Source: Perkinsus chesapeaki ATCC PRA-425
Taxonomy: Eukaryota; Protista; Perkinsozoa
NCBI GenBank assembly: GCA_013115145.1
Contig: JAAPAO010000077.1
Coordinates: 25,057-89,056 of the forward strand
Length of the DNA: 64,000 nt
Direction: 5' to 3'
In this document: piece after piece, positions 11,601 through 23,235 of the stretch
How the letters are laid out: each line of letters begins with the position of its first letter
How positions within the stretch are numbered: position 1 is the stretch's first letter
The notes under the pieces: generated by a model
Databases searched by the model: none
What the model was told of the DNA's origin: nothing
Seen by the model: the letters and a program-made list of their open reading frames with translations, nothing else
Translations under genes and position numbers: made by a program

Positions 11601-14600
11601 AGGTCAACAGTCACCACCATAATCTGCACAAAAATGCCCCTGCCTCGGTTCGAACCCACGCCCTTACCTGTACTGCGCCACTTTCAAACAGCTCCATTAG
11701 ACAGTCCCTTTCCCTATTGCTCAGACCTTCATGCATGTATCCGACGCCATGCATCAATGACGTCACCAATCCACGCTCGCGAGTCTTCCAACCGTACTCC
11801 TTCGAAAGACCGCTGATATGCTCCTTCATAGCTTCCTCTGATATATGACGGAATCTGCACGCATGCACATAAAGATACAAAATAGGTTAACTCGAATGCA
11901 CCCTTACCTGTCCGGACTGTTATCAGCTGTGGCTTGGAGCATCAGGTCGGCTGCCACCATTCTGCTCTGTCGGCGATCCCCAACAAACACCACCACCGGT
12001 TGAGTCGGAGAGTTCGCCTTAATCAAATTATACCTGTTAAACAAAAACAGTCATTCGTGAATCGCTTCGCTCCGCTAAAGTACGTAGGTCTGGTCATTGC
12101 AGCCATTCTCGCATTTCTGCTGTAGATGTCGTAACCATGAATGATGACCTTCACCGGCACCGCACGAATCTTGGTCGGGAAGTTAAATTGAGAGGATACC
12201 GGTGCGCCCATCCAACCACCGAGATCGTTGGCATTCTGAAAATAAAATGTACCAACCAGGATTCGAACCCACGGCCTCCTTTCTTCAAGAGACCTCCGAG
12301 CCGGATTGACACCAGTGTAGCAATGCAAGTGGCACGTTATCAACCCGATAGTTTCGAAGATTTGCCACCAAATCCCCAAAATGAGTCTATTCCCCAGCGA
12401 AATGGCACTGCAAAAATCTACCGGAAATTTCCACCAATTTTTCCCTTACCAACAACTGTGAGCGGAAATTCACATTTCATCACCGATTTACACCTTGAAG
12501 ATTTTATAAACATAATTCCGCTCGTCTGACTTATGAAAAAGTGCGCCCGATAAAGCGACCGATAAAGGGGACCTACCGAGACGGACGCCGCCAAACCGAT
12601 GATCCTGCATGGCTTGAAAGTCTCTCCATTTTCGGATGCCTGCGCTGCCAAGTTCGAGGTGATATATCTGATACCGACATTCCCAAATCTACACGCATGC
12701 ACATGACACATACCTCATCCTCGACACGCACACTTCCATTGTGGCACCGACTGTAGGGTGATTCAAAAGATGCAGGTCATCGGCAATGAAGAGAGATACC
12801 TGACAATAATGCGAAATGGCCACCAACGGTACATTATCCAACTCGATGCCCAAGTACGGTGGTAAATCCATCGAGCAAAATGCGATTTAATAATCTACAT
12901 TATGATATTAATTCTTTGATGTTACGGGAATGATTCTGATTCTGAATTTCATGACTGGGTAAAAAGTGCTAATTTTTCCACCAAAAACCAATTCCAAAGG
13001 AAATTAAATTTCCCCAATATCGAGAACCTACTCTAAAAAGCATAACGTTGTCATTATTCCACAAAGAACCGCGTTCGAGCACATTCCCTTCCGGCCAAAT
13101 TCAACGGCTTCTCACCTGTTGCACCGGCTTCCGAGTTCTCCACCTCCTCGACAACATATCCCAGTGCTCTGGTGTGGTGATGATAATATGCGACGAATCC
13201 AACAGCTTCAAGTCTTGCGAAGCCTCACCTGACAATCGCCATAATTTAGCTAATTTTCAACCAACGCGAAAATCTTCTCACCAGTGAGTTTCGTAACAAC
13301 ACAGCCGAGGCCTTCTGACCCGAACTTCTTCTGCCAGTCAGTCAACCTCAACTCCGCAAGCCGTTCAAACGGGCACATATATACGCATCGTTTAATCTGA
13401 CAAAATTGGTAAACATGAAACGCTTCGCTCCGCCTACATCATATTCTTTCAGCATCCTTAACACAGCAAACTCGGCACACTGCAATTTTCCAGAGTTGGC
13501 CGGCGCGCACAAGAGCGTGTTCTCATCGCTCTGGAACATCTGTGTGAACGTCTGCGTCTGTATAGGGTTCAACTTGCCAGCTAAGACAATGCGCATGCGT
13601 GCAGGCCTATCTCATACCGCTCTTTCCCCTACTCGCGCCATAGAAGACCTGCTCGGCCTTAGGCCACTTCAGTGCGGTTATCGGCAATGGCATCAGATCC
13701 AACAGCTCAGTCTCTGGAGGATTCCTCTCCGGTAGAATCAAACGACGGAAGTTAACGGGCAACAGAGACTCTGCTCCAATCCACCTGATTGAGAAAAAAA
13801 CGAAATCTTCGCAGTGCGAAAGATACGCCTCAGGGGCTGGCGTATTCCCAACAATTCCAAAGGCGACCCAAAAATTTTCGCGAACCTAATTCGGTTTTTG
13901 CGATCGCCCATCGGCCTTAGGCTTATCAAACGAAACTCAAAGGTAAGCGAAAATTTTCCACTGGTGTCTTTCGATCAACCTATTTGGAATCTTTTGCCCC
14001 GAATGCCATTCCCAAATCCTTACCTGTCCGACACACATCTTATAAAGTAATGTGGCGGCATTGGATCTGTGATAGGCACCGTGAAGGTAAGCGTATGCTC
14101 CTGGTCAGCCTGGGACTGCCTCAGCGCAAACAACTCGTAATATAGTATAGTCTCCTGCTGAGTATCTTCAACAAAGATCCAGAAGGGCTCCGTAGTGGAG
14201 TGAACCTGAAACTCAATTTCTACTACTTCACCCATTTTCGAAATTCCTCTCAAACTGCTACGCGAAATCCCCCTAGTGGCTACGAAAGCAATAGTCTCTA
14301 TAAAATATTCCACCGAATATGATATACTATTCGATATCATACACCTAAGACACCCCATCCCCACAACGCCGCTCACCTTCGGGTCGAACTGGAAATCTGG
14401 CGTCAATGTGAGTTCCACCAGCAGACAGCTACGAGTCAACGGTTGGACATAAGCCGCCAAATCAAGCTTAGGGAACTGATGGACGTATTTGTAGATGTGC
14501 TTTCCTGAAAAGGTCGCGAGTTCAAATCCCAGGTGGGGTATTTTTATAACCTAGTTTCGGCGCCCTCAGAAGTTCACCAATTTCGTGAGGTTTGTAATCA

Positions 14601-17600
14601 TAGTACTGCTCGAAACGAATATCTTTCTTCTCGATTTTACGTAGAATATCCTGAACGTATCCAAGCTTGAAGCGCGCATGATGCAAAATAGCTCATACCT
14701 CCGGTATCTCCTTGAAGTGCCTTAAAGGAGTCTGTACGCTCCAGAAACGCTTCTCGACCACTTTGCTCCAAAGAAGCGCCTTCTTAGCCAGATCGGCCCA
14801 ACCACGACGCAAAGCAATCTCAAATAGAGCACGGAAAATACGACCAGCAGATTGCTCAACATACCTGATCAAACAAAAAGCATGCACGCATGCACAACAT
14901 CATATAAATTCAAAAAGTTGCTATTTCCAAGCGGCGATGTCGGAATACATACCCCTAATCCTAGGCCTTTCAGACCTGCCCCACTGAGTGCTAGAAGGGG
15001 GTCAACCTTGCTATAGCTTTTTACATTAGCATTTATTATTATCTTAATTCCTTAACAAACAGGTTGGTGAAGCATAAAGGACTTAATTTCCAACTGTGTC
15101 CATAACTGAGACTCCACAATACTCCATCATCGTTATTCACTATATTATTATTCCTATAATACCTCAACACTGAAGACCCTCCCTCAGCTTCCCCTCTACC
15201 CCACCATGCCCACACTTACACCATGTCCGCTTGTAAGGCAAATCCATCCAGCGGCAACCGTGAGATATAAGCTTGCAGCAACACGTTTATCTTAGAGCCC
15301 GTCTCCTCAGCACCGCCCTTAACCGGTATGGGCACCTATTTGAGAAAAGATTCCCCAGAGCTTGATTGGCTAACCTCACCTTCTCCACCAGTTTACTGAG
15401 CTCAACCTTCTCCTCTTCTCTAACCGGAATGTATTTGAATTCCGAACTCAATGAGAATAGACGAAGCAGCTCTATATCAGACATGCGGGGCTTTAAATGT
15501 TGATTGTAGACAGCCATAGATGGATATCTGAATTAGAACAGAGGAAGTTACGGTATGAAAATACACAACAAAAAGTTGGAAGATGTCGACCATTTCTTCC
15601 TTAAGTACTTCGTCTAACGAAGCTATCGTTTTATCCTTCGTCAGTTCGACCCTTGCCGAAGCTTCACATGGTCGTTCGTGTTCAGTATATGTTGAGTAAG
15701 TAAAGGGAAGTTGGCCCACTAGTATTAACTGTATAATACTAATTCACATTTCCTATAATAATCATTTGTATAATTTATGCACGTCTCGAACCAGTATTAA
15801 AGATTTTGACGACATCTACAAAAGACTCCCTTCGCCAACGCTGCCTTGCGACCTCGCACGGCAGTGGTGCCAGATGATCATTTCATCCATCACTAGCCAT
15901 CATCTCACCTTCACTTATACCATCACACCATCATCAAAATTTCACGCGCCACAAAATTCCCTTTCTTACTTTATGTAATAATGTGCCGCAACTCTTCCCA
16001 AAGCTGTTATGTGGCATTGACCTGTTCTCTTATCGTATTTTACCAAACCATTCTTATCCAGCATCGACATGGCAGCATGGCAGAGATTAACACGATGCTG
16101 AAAAGGACAGAAATTGACAAATCACACTCACTTCCACAATTCTAAAAATTCTACAAAGCTCAGACCAGCGGGTCCCCCCCCGTCCACGCCGAGCGGCAGA
16201 TAACAAAATCAATATGAAAGCTGGCAAGGACAATTTCGGTGAATTCCCCAGCAGCATTAAAATTCCAATCCAAGCTTACCTGTATGAGCTTAGGATCATC
16301 CCTAGGATTCCCCTCCTCATCCCCCATCGGCACACCGTACAGCTGCGGTGCTTTCATCATCCTTACGTGCAGGTAAGTGTACCCGAGCCAACGGACGGCG
16401 TCATCTCGTGATGCTATGGTGCCAAGTGCCATCTCAGCATTGATCATATCCGGCAGGGCAGATAGCATCTGCGATTCAATGGGAAGTTGAGTATTGTTAA
16501 GTGATAGGTAATATTGAAGCTCAGAACGATTGGTGATGACGATACCTGAGAGAGGGGATGAGAGTGGATTGGACCAGGCTTGAAGTTGAACAAGATTCAC
16601 ACCCGCCATATCAACCCGCATCCCTCAAGCAGCACCAGTGGCAATGCTGTTACCCGTATAACCCAGAACGCACAAGAAATTGATAATTTGATCCATGTTA
16701 TATTATAACAAGAGTATTGATAAAGTGCTTCATATAAAAGTGCCACTACTAATAGCTCTATCCCCCCTATTTCTCACCAATCTAGTAAATGCACTATTAC
16801 CAATGATCTACAACTCGATACGTGTCATTATTATCAATATCTCTCGCCCCCCTACTCACCATGTCCAGTAGTATCATACTGTGGTCGTCCAGCTCTACCC
16901 ATCATCTGCATCATATCCATCGGACTGAGTTCAACCCAATCACCCTTCTCCGGGCTGTACACTTGCGTGCCCTTAATAATAACCGTATGCGCCGGTAAAT
17001 TAACTCCCCACGCCAAAGTCAACGTCGACACCAACACTTGAATGTGACCGTCCGCGAACAGATCCTCCACAGTAGTTCTATCAACTCTGGCCATTCCTGC
17101 ATGATGAATGCCAAAGCCATACTTCAACAGATCCGCCAGATCCGGCGACTTGATCGTGTTCTCAATTTCATTCTCGATAATCTGTTTCGACGCTCCGCTG
17201 TCCGGCAGGAACTTCCCTAAGATTTCCTTCTCCATCGCCATGTCTCTCAGCTCCCTCGCCGTCTTCAACGTATCCTTCCTTGAATGTACAAATATGATAA
17301 TCTGGTTGTTTCCAGCGTCCGCTTCGACCTTTTCAAACAATACTTCGTTCATGACATTAGCCCGTTTAATCGCCTTCTTCGAGCTCACTCCCACATATGT
17401 CTGGTCCAATGGCACCGGTCGATACTCCTGGCCGAAATAGAAGAGCCCACGGTTCAGGTTGACCCTCAAGAAAAGGGCGACATCCTTGTAGTTGGGCAAA
17501 GTGGCCGAAAGTCCCACCAACCGAACGTGCTCCTGAGTCTGCTCAATCTGCCGCAACGTACGAGCAACTATGGATTCGATGACAGGACCACGACTGTCGT

Positions 17601-20600
17601 GTAGAAGATGTATCTGAAATAATGAAACAAGAACCTCCTTGCGCTCAGTAATCTCCACAGTCTATCCCGCGCTCTTCCCCACAACAGTTCTTGCCGCAGT
17701 GAAGCTACTCCCAGTCGGTAAAATGCATACCGACTCGAGCTCCTATGATTCCCCTCCTTCCCCGCATTCCTCCCCCAACTACCTCATCAATTATAATGAG
17801 TTTAACCAAAGCCGTGAAGCCTCGACTTTCGCCCGCCTTCCGAGTGACAACATCCCACTTCTCAGGAGTAGTAACAATAACATTGGTCTGCTCGATCTGT
17901 TCACGGCTGAGGGATTGGTCGCCGGAAAGCTCCTTAACGGTAAGACCGAGGTCTCCCAAACGAAGAGAGAAGGATTGTACGACTTCCTGAAGTACAGAGA
18001 AAATAGCCGGTCGGTATAATCCTTTGCTATCATCCAGGCAACCCCGGTTCGATCCCCGCCCACCTGCACAAGTGCCTTCATTGGCGCGACATAGACCATC
18101 TTGAACGCGCTCGTATCGAAGCCATCTTCAGTCCTATACTGCTTCAACACCTACCACACCAGCAATCCTTCCTATGTCTTCATACCGACTTTTTCTCACA
18201 TTCATGATCGTCAGCATAGCAACATTAGTTTTACCAGCACCAGTTGGCGCACACATCAATAGATTCTCCTCAAACTCGTTGTATGCCACCGGGAAGACCT
18301 GAACAACAGTGCAGCTAGAGGTGTCAGAAAATTCAACAAAACTCCTCACCTTCGATTGTACAGCATTCAACCTCTCAAAGTGCTTGAACGCCGGCCACGC
18401 CCATTCCGGTAGAGCGTCCTTAACCTGATCACCATAATTTAGCTAATTTCCATCGTCTTCGAAAACCCCCCTCTACCTTGATCAAAGCTCCCTCTTTAAC
18501 CTTTGCCTTCGGTGGCGCCTGCACCACCACTTCCTCGTATCCTTTATGGCTCGAGGTAAACACATCGGTGTTCTTAGCGGGCTCAAACGACTGATTGCTC
18601 ATAAACCTAAGCAATCAAAATTACATTAAAAATGCCCGTACCGGGGATCGAACCTGGCTCCTCCAGGCAACTGGAGATTCTCCAGATCCAAGAGCTTGGT
18701 AGGATTAGGCATCTTAGCAGCTTCCTTATTCTCTCCAGTGGAGTCGGGCATCTCAACATCACCATCATCATTGGCTGTAGAGGACCGTTTCTCGCCTTCC
18801 CTCAGTTTCTTAGCCTCGGACCTGAACAAGTTAACTTCACATTCACCCCGCAATACATTAGACATTCCGTAAAAGAAAAGCCCTACAAGACGACCTCCGG
18901 GAACTACGGGCGCAGGCGATATTTTTCTTCCTTTACATTTTTACCAACTAAGTCGGCCTGGAATATTTCAATTTCGCGTGGCTTACAGTGTTCCTGACAA
19001 TCTGACAGCTGCAAATAAGAATATATTTCACTGCCGAGATGCCTTATACCGTGAACCCATCCTCCCACCTTAAATTCCTCCTACGGCTTCCACCGGCCTC
19101 TCTCTCGCCCTCCTTATCCCCTTCGCCAGCCTTGTCGTAGTCTTCGTGATGATGAGCAATACGCCATTCCTCAACAACCTCAGCGGCAGCTGGATCCTCG
19201 GTCATCTCTTTCTCCAAAGCTTCACGCTCCTCTAAAAATAAAAGTACCCTCCGTGGGATTCGAACCTGTGCGGGTTTGCCTACCTGGGGTTTGGGCTTGA
19301 TTTATCTTCGTGCAGTACCATATCTTTATCCTGTTATTAACCAAGATCTTGCAGAAGTCGAAGTGCTTATATTTGAAGATTTGCACCAACTTATTCTCAA
19401 CGCTCTGCGAGTCCGGCAACCTCAGCACGTCCAGAATAGATTTCTCCACCGAGATGACTTCCGAGCTATCCTTAACTCTTTTACCCTGATAACATATGAA
19501 TACAATAGATAGTAATAAAGTAGGTAGGCCACCGCCGGGCCACAAACACATTACCCTAATACCAAGCGAATAAAGGGGCGATGATAATACACAGTACAAA
19601 GGTACCGAGACATATACGAAGAGGAGAAGAAGGAGCAAAAGAGGAAGTTCATAAATTACCAGACAACTTCACCTAGCAACACCAAGGCAAACTATATCTC
19701 AACTGGTTAGACCAATGATACTTGTTGTACATTTTACAAATGCATCTTAACTGTTCAGAGACTAGAACGCGCAGTCACATGAACCACAGGCAATTATCCA
19801 ACCTCAACCGACCCAAGAAGTTTATTACAAGTTCTCTCTGAAGCCAATGTGAATGGATCTTCTGGACTGGCAGGTCGGTCGAGGAAGTGTTCCTCTTCTT
19901 CGCTGCCGGGCCTTCATCCCCCTCCTCATCACCAGCCTTAATACCGGCATCTTCATCATCATCTCCACCTAGAAAAGTAACAGCATCGATTCGAACCCAC
20001 GACCTTCACAATAGCAGCCCAACCCCTTAACCATTACCCCGTTTCCTCCTCTTTCCGCCAGCGTCCATTCTATCATCCGCATCAGAATCTTCAGAATCGC
20101 TACTGGATTCATCCGACACTTCATCAGCGTACAACATATCATCATCTCCTCCCATCTCTGAAATTAATCCACATACCCTTCCAATGGAACGAATCCACAA
20201 TCACACCACTCGATGACGAACAGCTCAACTAGTTTCAGTAAGATATCGAATAAGTTATATTATCAATCTCACACCAGTGGCCGCTCATAAGCGTATTCAC
20301 TGATCGATAATAATAATATAACTATATACAGTACTAGACATCCCACAATTCCTATTATGTACCATAATAGTTTATATACTCTATGGATAAAATATGTATT
20401 ACCCCTACCACACTATAATGACACTGCACTCAATAACAACCAACCTTCCCCCAACTCACCATCATTCTCATCATCCTCATCAAAAGTAACAGCAACACCT
20501 GCCGGATCATCAGCTGCCCCTGCCAGCAGTGCAGCATCGACCTCCTCTGCTCCACCAGCACCGCCGCCCTCAGCGGCAGCCACTCCTTCATCCTCATCAA

Positions 20601-22057
20601 CAGCAAAGTCATGGATTTGTTGGGACAGCCTTAACAGTTGAGTATAAAGCTCATTGGTTAAGGAGCGAGGTGGCAGGATCTAAAACGAAACCCATTTTAA
20701 CGGAGAAAACCCGAAACCCGAAAACCCGGATCCCATGCCGAGTAATATGTATACCTACACATGGCGTGCAAAACCCTAAAGTCATGCATCAGGCAGGGTA
20801 AACGTTTCCCCGATCCCCTCCCTTCACAGCACCGACAGTTTCGAACAAATGACGTACTTATCCATTACCGAAGTGCAAAACTGCCAAACTTCGCCCGCGA
20901 ATTATTCCCTACTAGTGACACCCTTTTTGCTAGTCCTCCCAAATCTCATCGACTTGCCCCAAGCCCCCTATCCTACCTCCTCCACATTCTCCTGCTTCAA
21001 AGCATCCTTCTGGTCCGACTTCAGTGCCATCAATATCTCATGCGCAGCTTCCCTCAATACCGTACTAGTCTCACCAACCAGCACAGTTGATAACACCGAT
21101 AACATCTCATCATACGGCCTTTCAGATGCCCGGGATTTCGGTCTGAGGGAGCTCCTATAAAACCCCTCCTCCACCCCAGAATCTACCTGTATATATCTTC
21201 TCCTGCCTCTCCCACAGTAAGAACTGTCTCCCCTTTATTAATATCAATACCCTTCCGACGTTTACGTAGACCTTTATCACCACCAGCCTCTGTAACAGCT
21301 TTCCTGAACAGATAAAATGCAATAGTAATATTACAGGATTTGGTCGCGTAAAAATTTAGCACATGCCGATTTAATTAACTTCACATTAAAAAATGTAGAT
21401 ATCCGAAATACGTTGATTTCAGACAAGATACAAAATAATTTAATCGGCGAAAAACTAATGGGCAAATTTCTCAAATTTATATTCATTTACCATTTCGACT
21501 TTCCACATCAAAATCGATGCAACGTTCCAGTGTACAGCCTCGCGAGAACTAATAGACACTAATACGTAATTACGGGTTTGAGACAAAGCGGGGTGTGAGA
21601 GAAGTATTACACATGCCGTCGTTTAGCTGCCAAGGCCGCCTCTGGCTTCGGCTTGGTCTTCAGGACCTTGTCTCCCATGGTGTGCATTTTATGGTACCGC
21701 AGAGTCTCTGGCTCACCTGGAAAAGAGAATCGTATATTGCAGATAAATCAACCTAAGTTGCATCTTACTCACTTAACCTCAAGATACGACCCATCCGTAT
21801 GACTACCAAGTGAACTATAACTGAGCCTAATCCGAATTTAGCGCACCTAGCTTAGATACTTTCTACTACAAACAAGGTGGGCATCTAGCACCTCCCCTAC
21901 AACCTATAAAGTATCTTTCTCGCGTGAAGCTAAGATATCCCCTATTACCCGTAGGTTCATTAGCCAGATGACTTCCTCCACCAGGATCCCTCTGTAGGAC
22001 TAAGTTACTGTTCTCCTTATACTCGAACCGCTTGAAACGTTCGAACTCCTCAGCCAT
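8611..22057 (-). CDS. SNRNP200: U5 snRNP 200-kDa Ski2-like RNA helicase (Brr2), ~44 introns
   Basis: N-terminus [24 protein letters not shown]. First cassette: [14 protein letters not shown]|[36 protein letters not shown]. Sec63 region: [21 protein letters not shown]. Second cassette: APANSGK, ADDLHLL. C-terminus YTL|[20 protein letters not shown] (TGA at 8611-8613). Frame is preserved across manually placed GT-AG introns. Confidence 0.97.
11624..11667 (-). pseudogene. tRNA 3'-end fragment forming most of a 44-nt Brr2 intron (sense)
   Basis: GTAAGGGC GTGGG TTCGAAC CGAGG CAGGGGC A TTTTT GTGCAG. Confidence 0.75.
12243..12293 (-). pseudogene. tRNA-Leu-like variable arm + T-arm + terminator at the 3' end of Brr2 intron 12236-12576
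   Basis: GTCTCTTGAAGAAAGGAGGCC GTGGG TTCGAAT CCTGG TTGGTAC A TTTT. Confidence 0.7.
14505..14550 (+). pseudogene. tRNA 3'-end fragment, antisense within a 46-nt Brr2 intron
   Basis: AAGGTC GCGAG TTCAAAT CCCAG GTGGGGT A TTTTT. Confidence 0.75.
17987..18063 (+). pseudogene. Degenerate tRNA-like sequence, antisense within a 77-nt Brr2 intron
   Basis: TAGCCGGTCGGTA (A-box-like) ... GGCAAC CCCGG TTCGATC CCCGC, truncated at the exon boundary. Confidence 0.6.
18607..18658 (-). pseudogene. tRNA 3'-end fragment whose B-box straddles the 5' splice site of a 47-nt Brr2 intron
   Basis: exon ...GCCAG|GTTCGATC CCCGG TACGGGC A TTTTT... Confidence 0.75.
19232..19283 (-). pseudogene. tRNA 3'-end fragment forming a 52-nt Brr2 intron (sense)
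   Basis: GTAGGCAAACCCGC ACAGG TTCGAAT CCCAC GGAGGGT A CTTTTATTTTTAG. Confidence 0.75.
19969..20037 (-). pseudogene. Decayed tRNA-Ser(GCT)-like body forming a 69-nt Brr2 intron
   Basis: GTAATGGTTAAGGGGTTGGGCTGCTATTGTGAAGGTCGTGGGTTCGAATCGATGCTGTTACTTTTCTAG. Confidence 0.65.
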
Positions 22058-23235
22058 GGTGAAGAAGAACAAGGAAGAAGATCTGATCAATCAAATCAAT
22101 CAAGTGCCAGAATGCACTTGATAAAAGCATGGGCAGTTGCGAATGAAAGAACATAGAAATAAGTAATTCATAATAGTGAATTTTTAGGAATTCCGAATTG
22201 CTTTTTACTGTCCTTTCATGAGCCCCTATATTATGATGATTAGTAAATATTAAGTGATGAAGGACTTATAGATAATTGTGATACTTACAGGTGGAAGCAA
22301 AATAATACAGATTGAATAAAGAAGAAGCAATGCAGAGCCTAATTTTCACACAAGCCTTGGAGGCATTCAATCAACCTATTTGGAATCTTCGACAATCGTT
22401 CACAAAACGAGATCCTGTCATATATCTCAGCCAGCAACCTATGGTCATCCTAGGAAGCCCCCAAGTCCAAAGCTTGGCAAAAGATACGGATCAGGTTGAT
22501 TGGAGACCCTCTGCGTCCCTCACGAATAACCTAATCCCATGTTCTGGGGGCCAAATAAAGCGAAATAATATCCCCCAAGGAAAGCCACATCCACGCAAGC
22601 AACCTTGAAGTGTGTATAACCAGCGAATCCAAAAGGGAGTATTGCTCGTCAGCATTATAATATTGTATATTCCCAGGTACTGCAAACTAACAATAAAACC
22701 TTAACCACAATTTGGCGAAAAGTTTATAACGCGAAAGAAAAGCGCGCGCCCGAATGATCGGCGCACTTTGAAAAAGGTCGGGGATTGGTATCGCCTGTGG
22801 GAGCTGTTCTCTTGTAGCTCCTTTGTTTACTTTTGCCCATTACTAGAAGTGTACTCCGCTATTATTGATGCGTAGCCTTGGTATGGGTGTACCCGGTACA
22901 CCTTTGGTTCAACCAACAACCTTACCAACACAAGTAGGGAGACAGCAACACTAGAACGCACCCTATAGATTTGACAACTACTCTGAGACTTAGTTTTACC
23001 AATATAGGTTGACTTTTATTTTCCTCAGGAGATAGTAGCCCACTTCTGGGTCCCCGATACCTCCGACCCCTGGTTGCTGCTCATGCTACTTACCGTGGCG
23101 TGGTGTGTAAGTCAGGCCCCATGGCAAGATATCTTTTACTTCCGGAAAATCGGGCTTTCTTCGGGACTCTAGCAATTCGCCCTTGAGATTCTGTGCTTTG
23201 AAAATCTCTGTTATCTCCTCGACAACCAAAGGCTT

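Larger units (their letters stand above)
9459..13437 (-). repeat. Five Brr2 introns beginning with a shared GCGGAGCGAAGCG(A/T)TT module
   Basis: Introns 9459-9510, 10683-10725, 11340-11384 (variant GCGAAGCGAAGCG), 12034-12083 and 13397-13437. Confidence 0.9.

Noticed and set aside
8915-13437. Resemblance of GAAGCGTT in the GCGAAGC modules to the U6 snRNA 3' end
   Set aside because: Only 8-10 nt match and no other U6 features (e.g. ACAGAGA box).
20704-20727. AAACCCG repeats resembling telomeric DNA
   Set aside because: Only three imperfect units inside a Brr2 intron.
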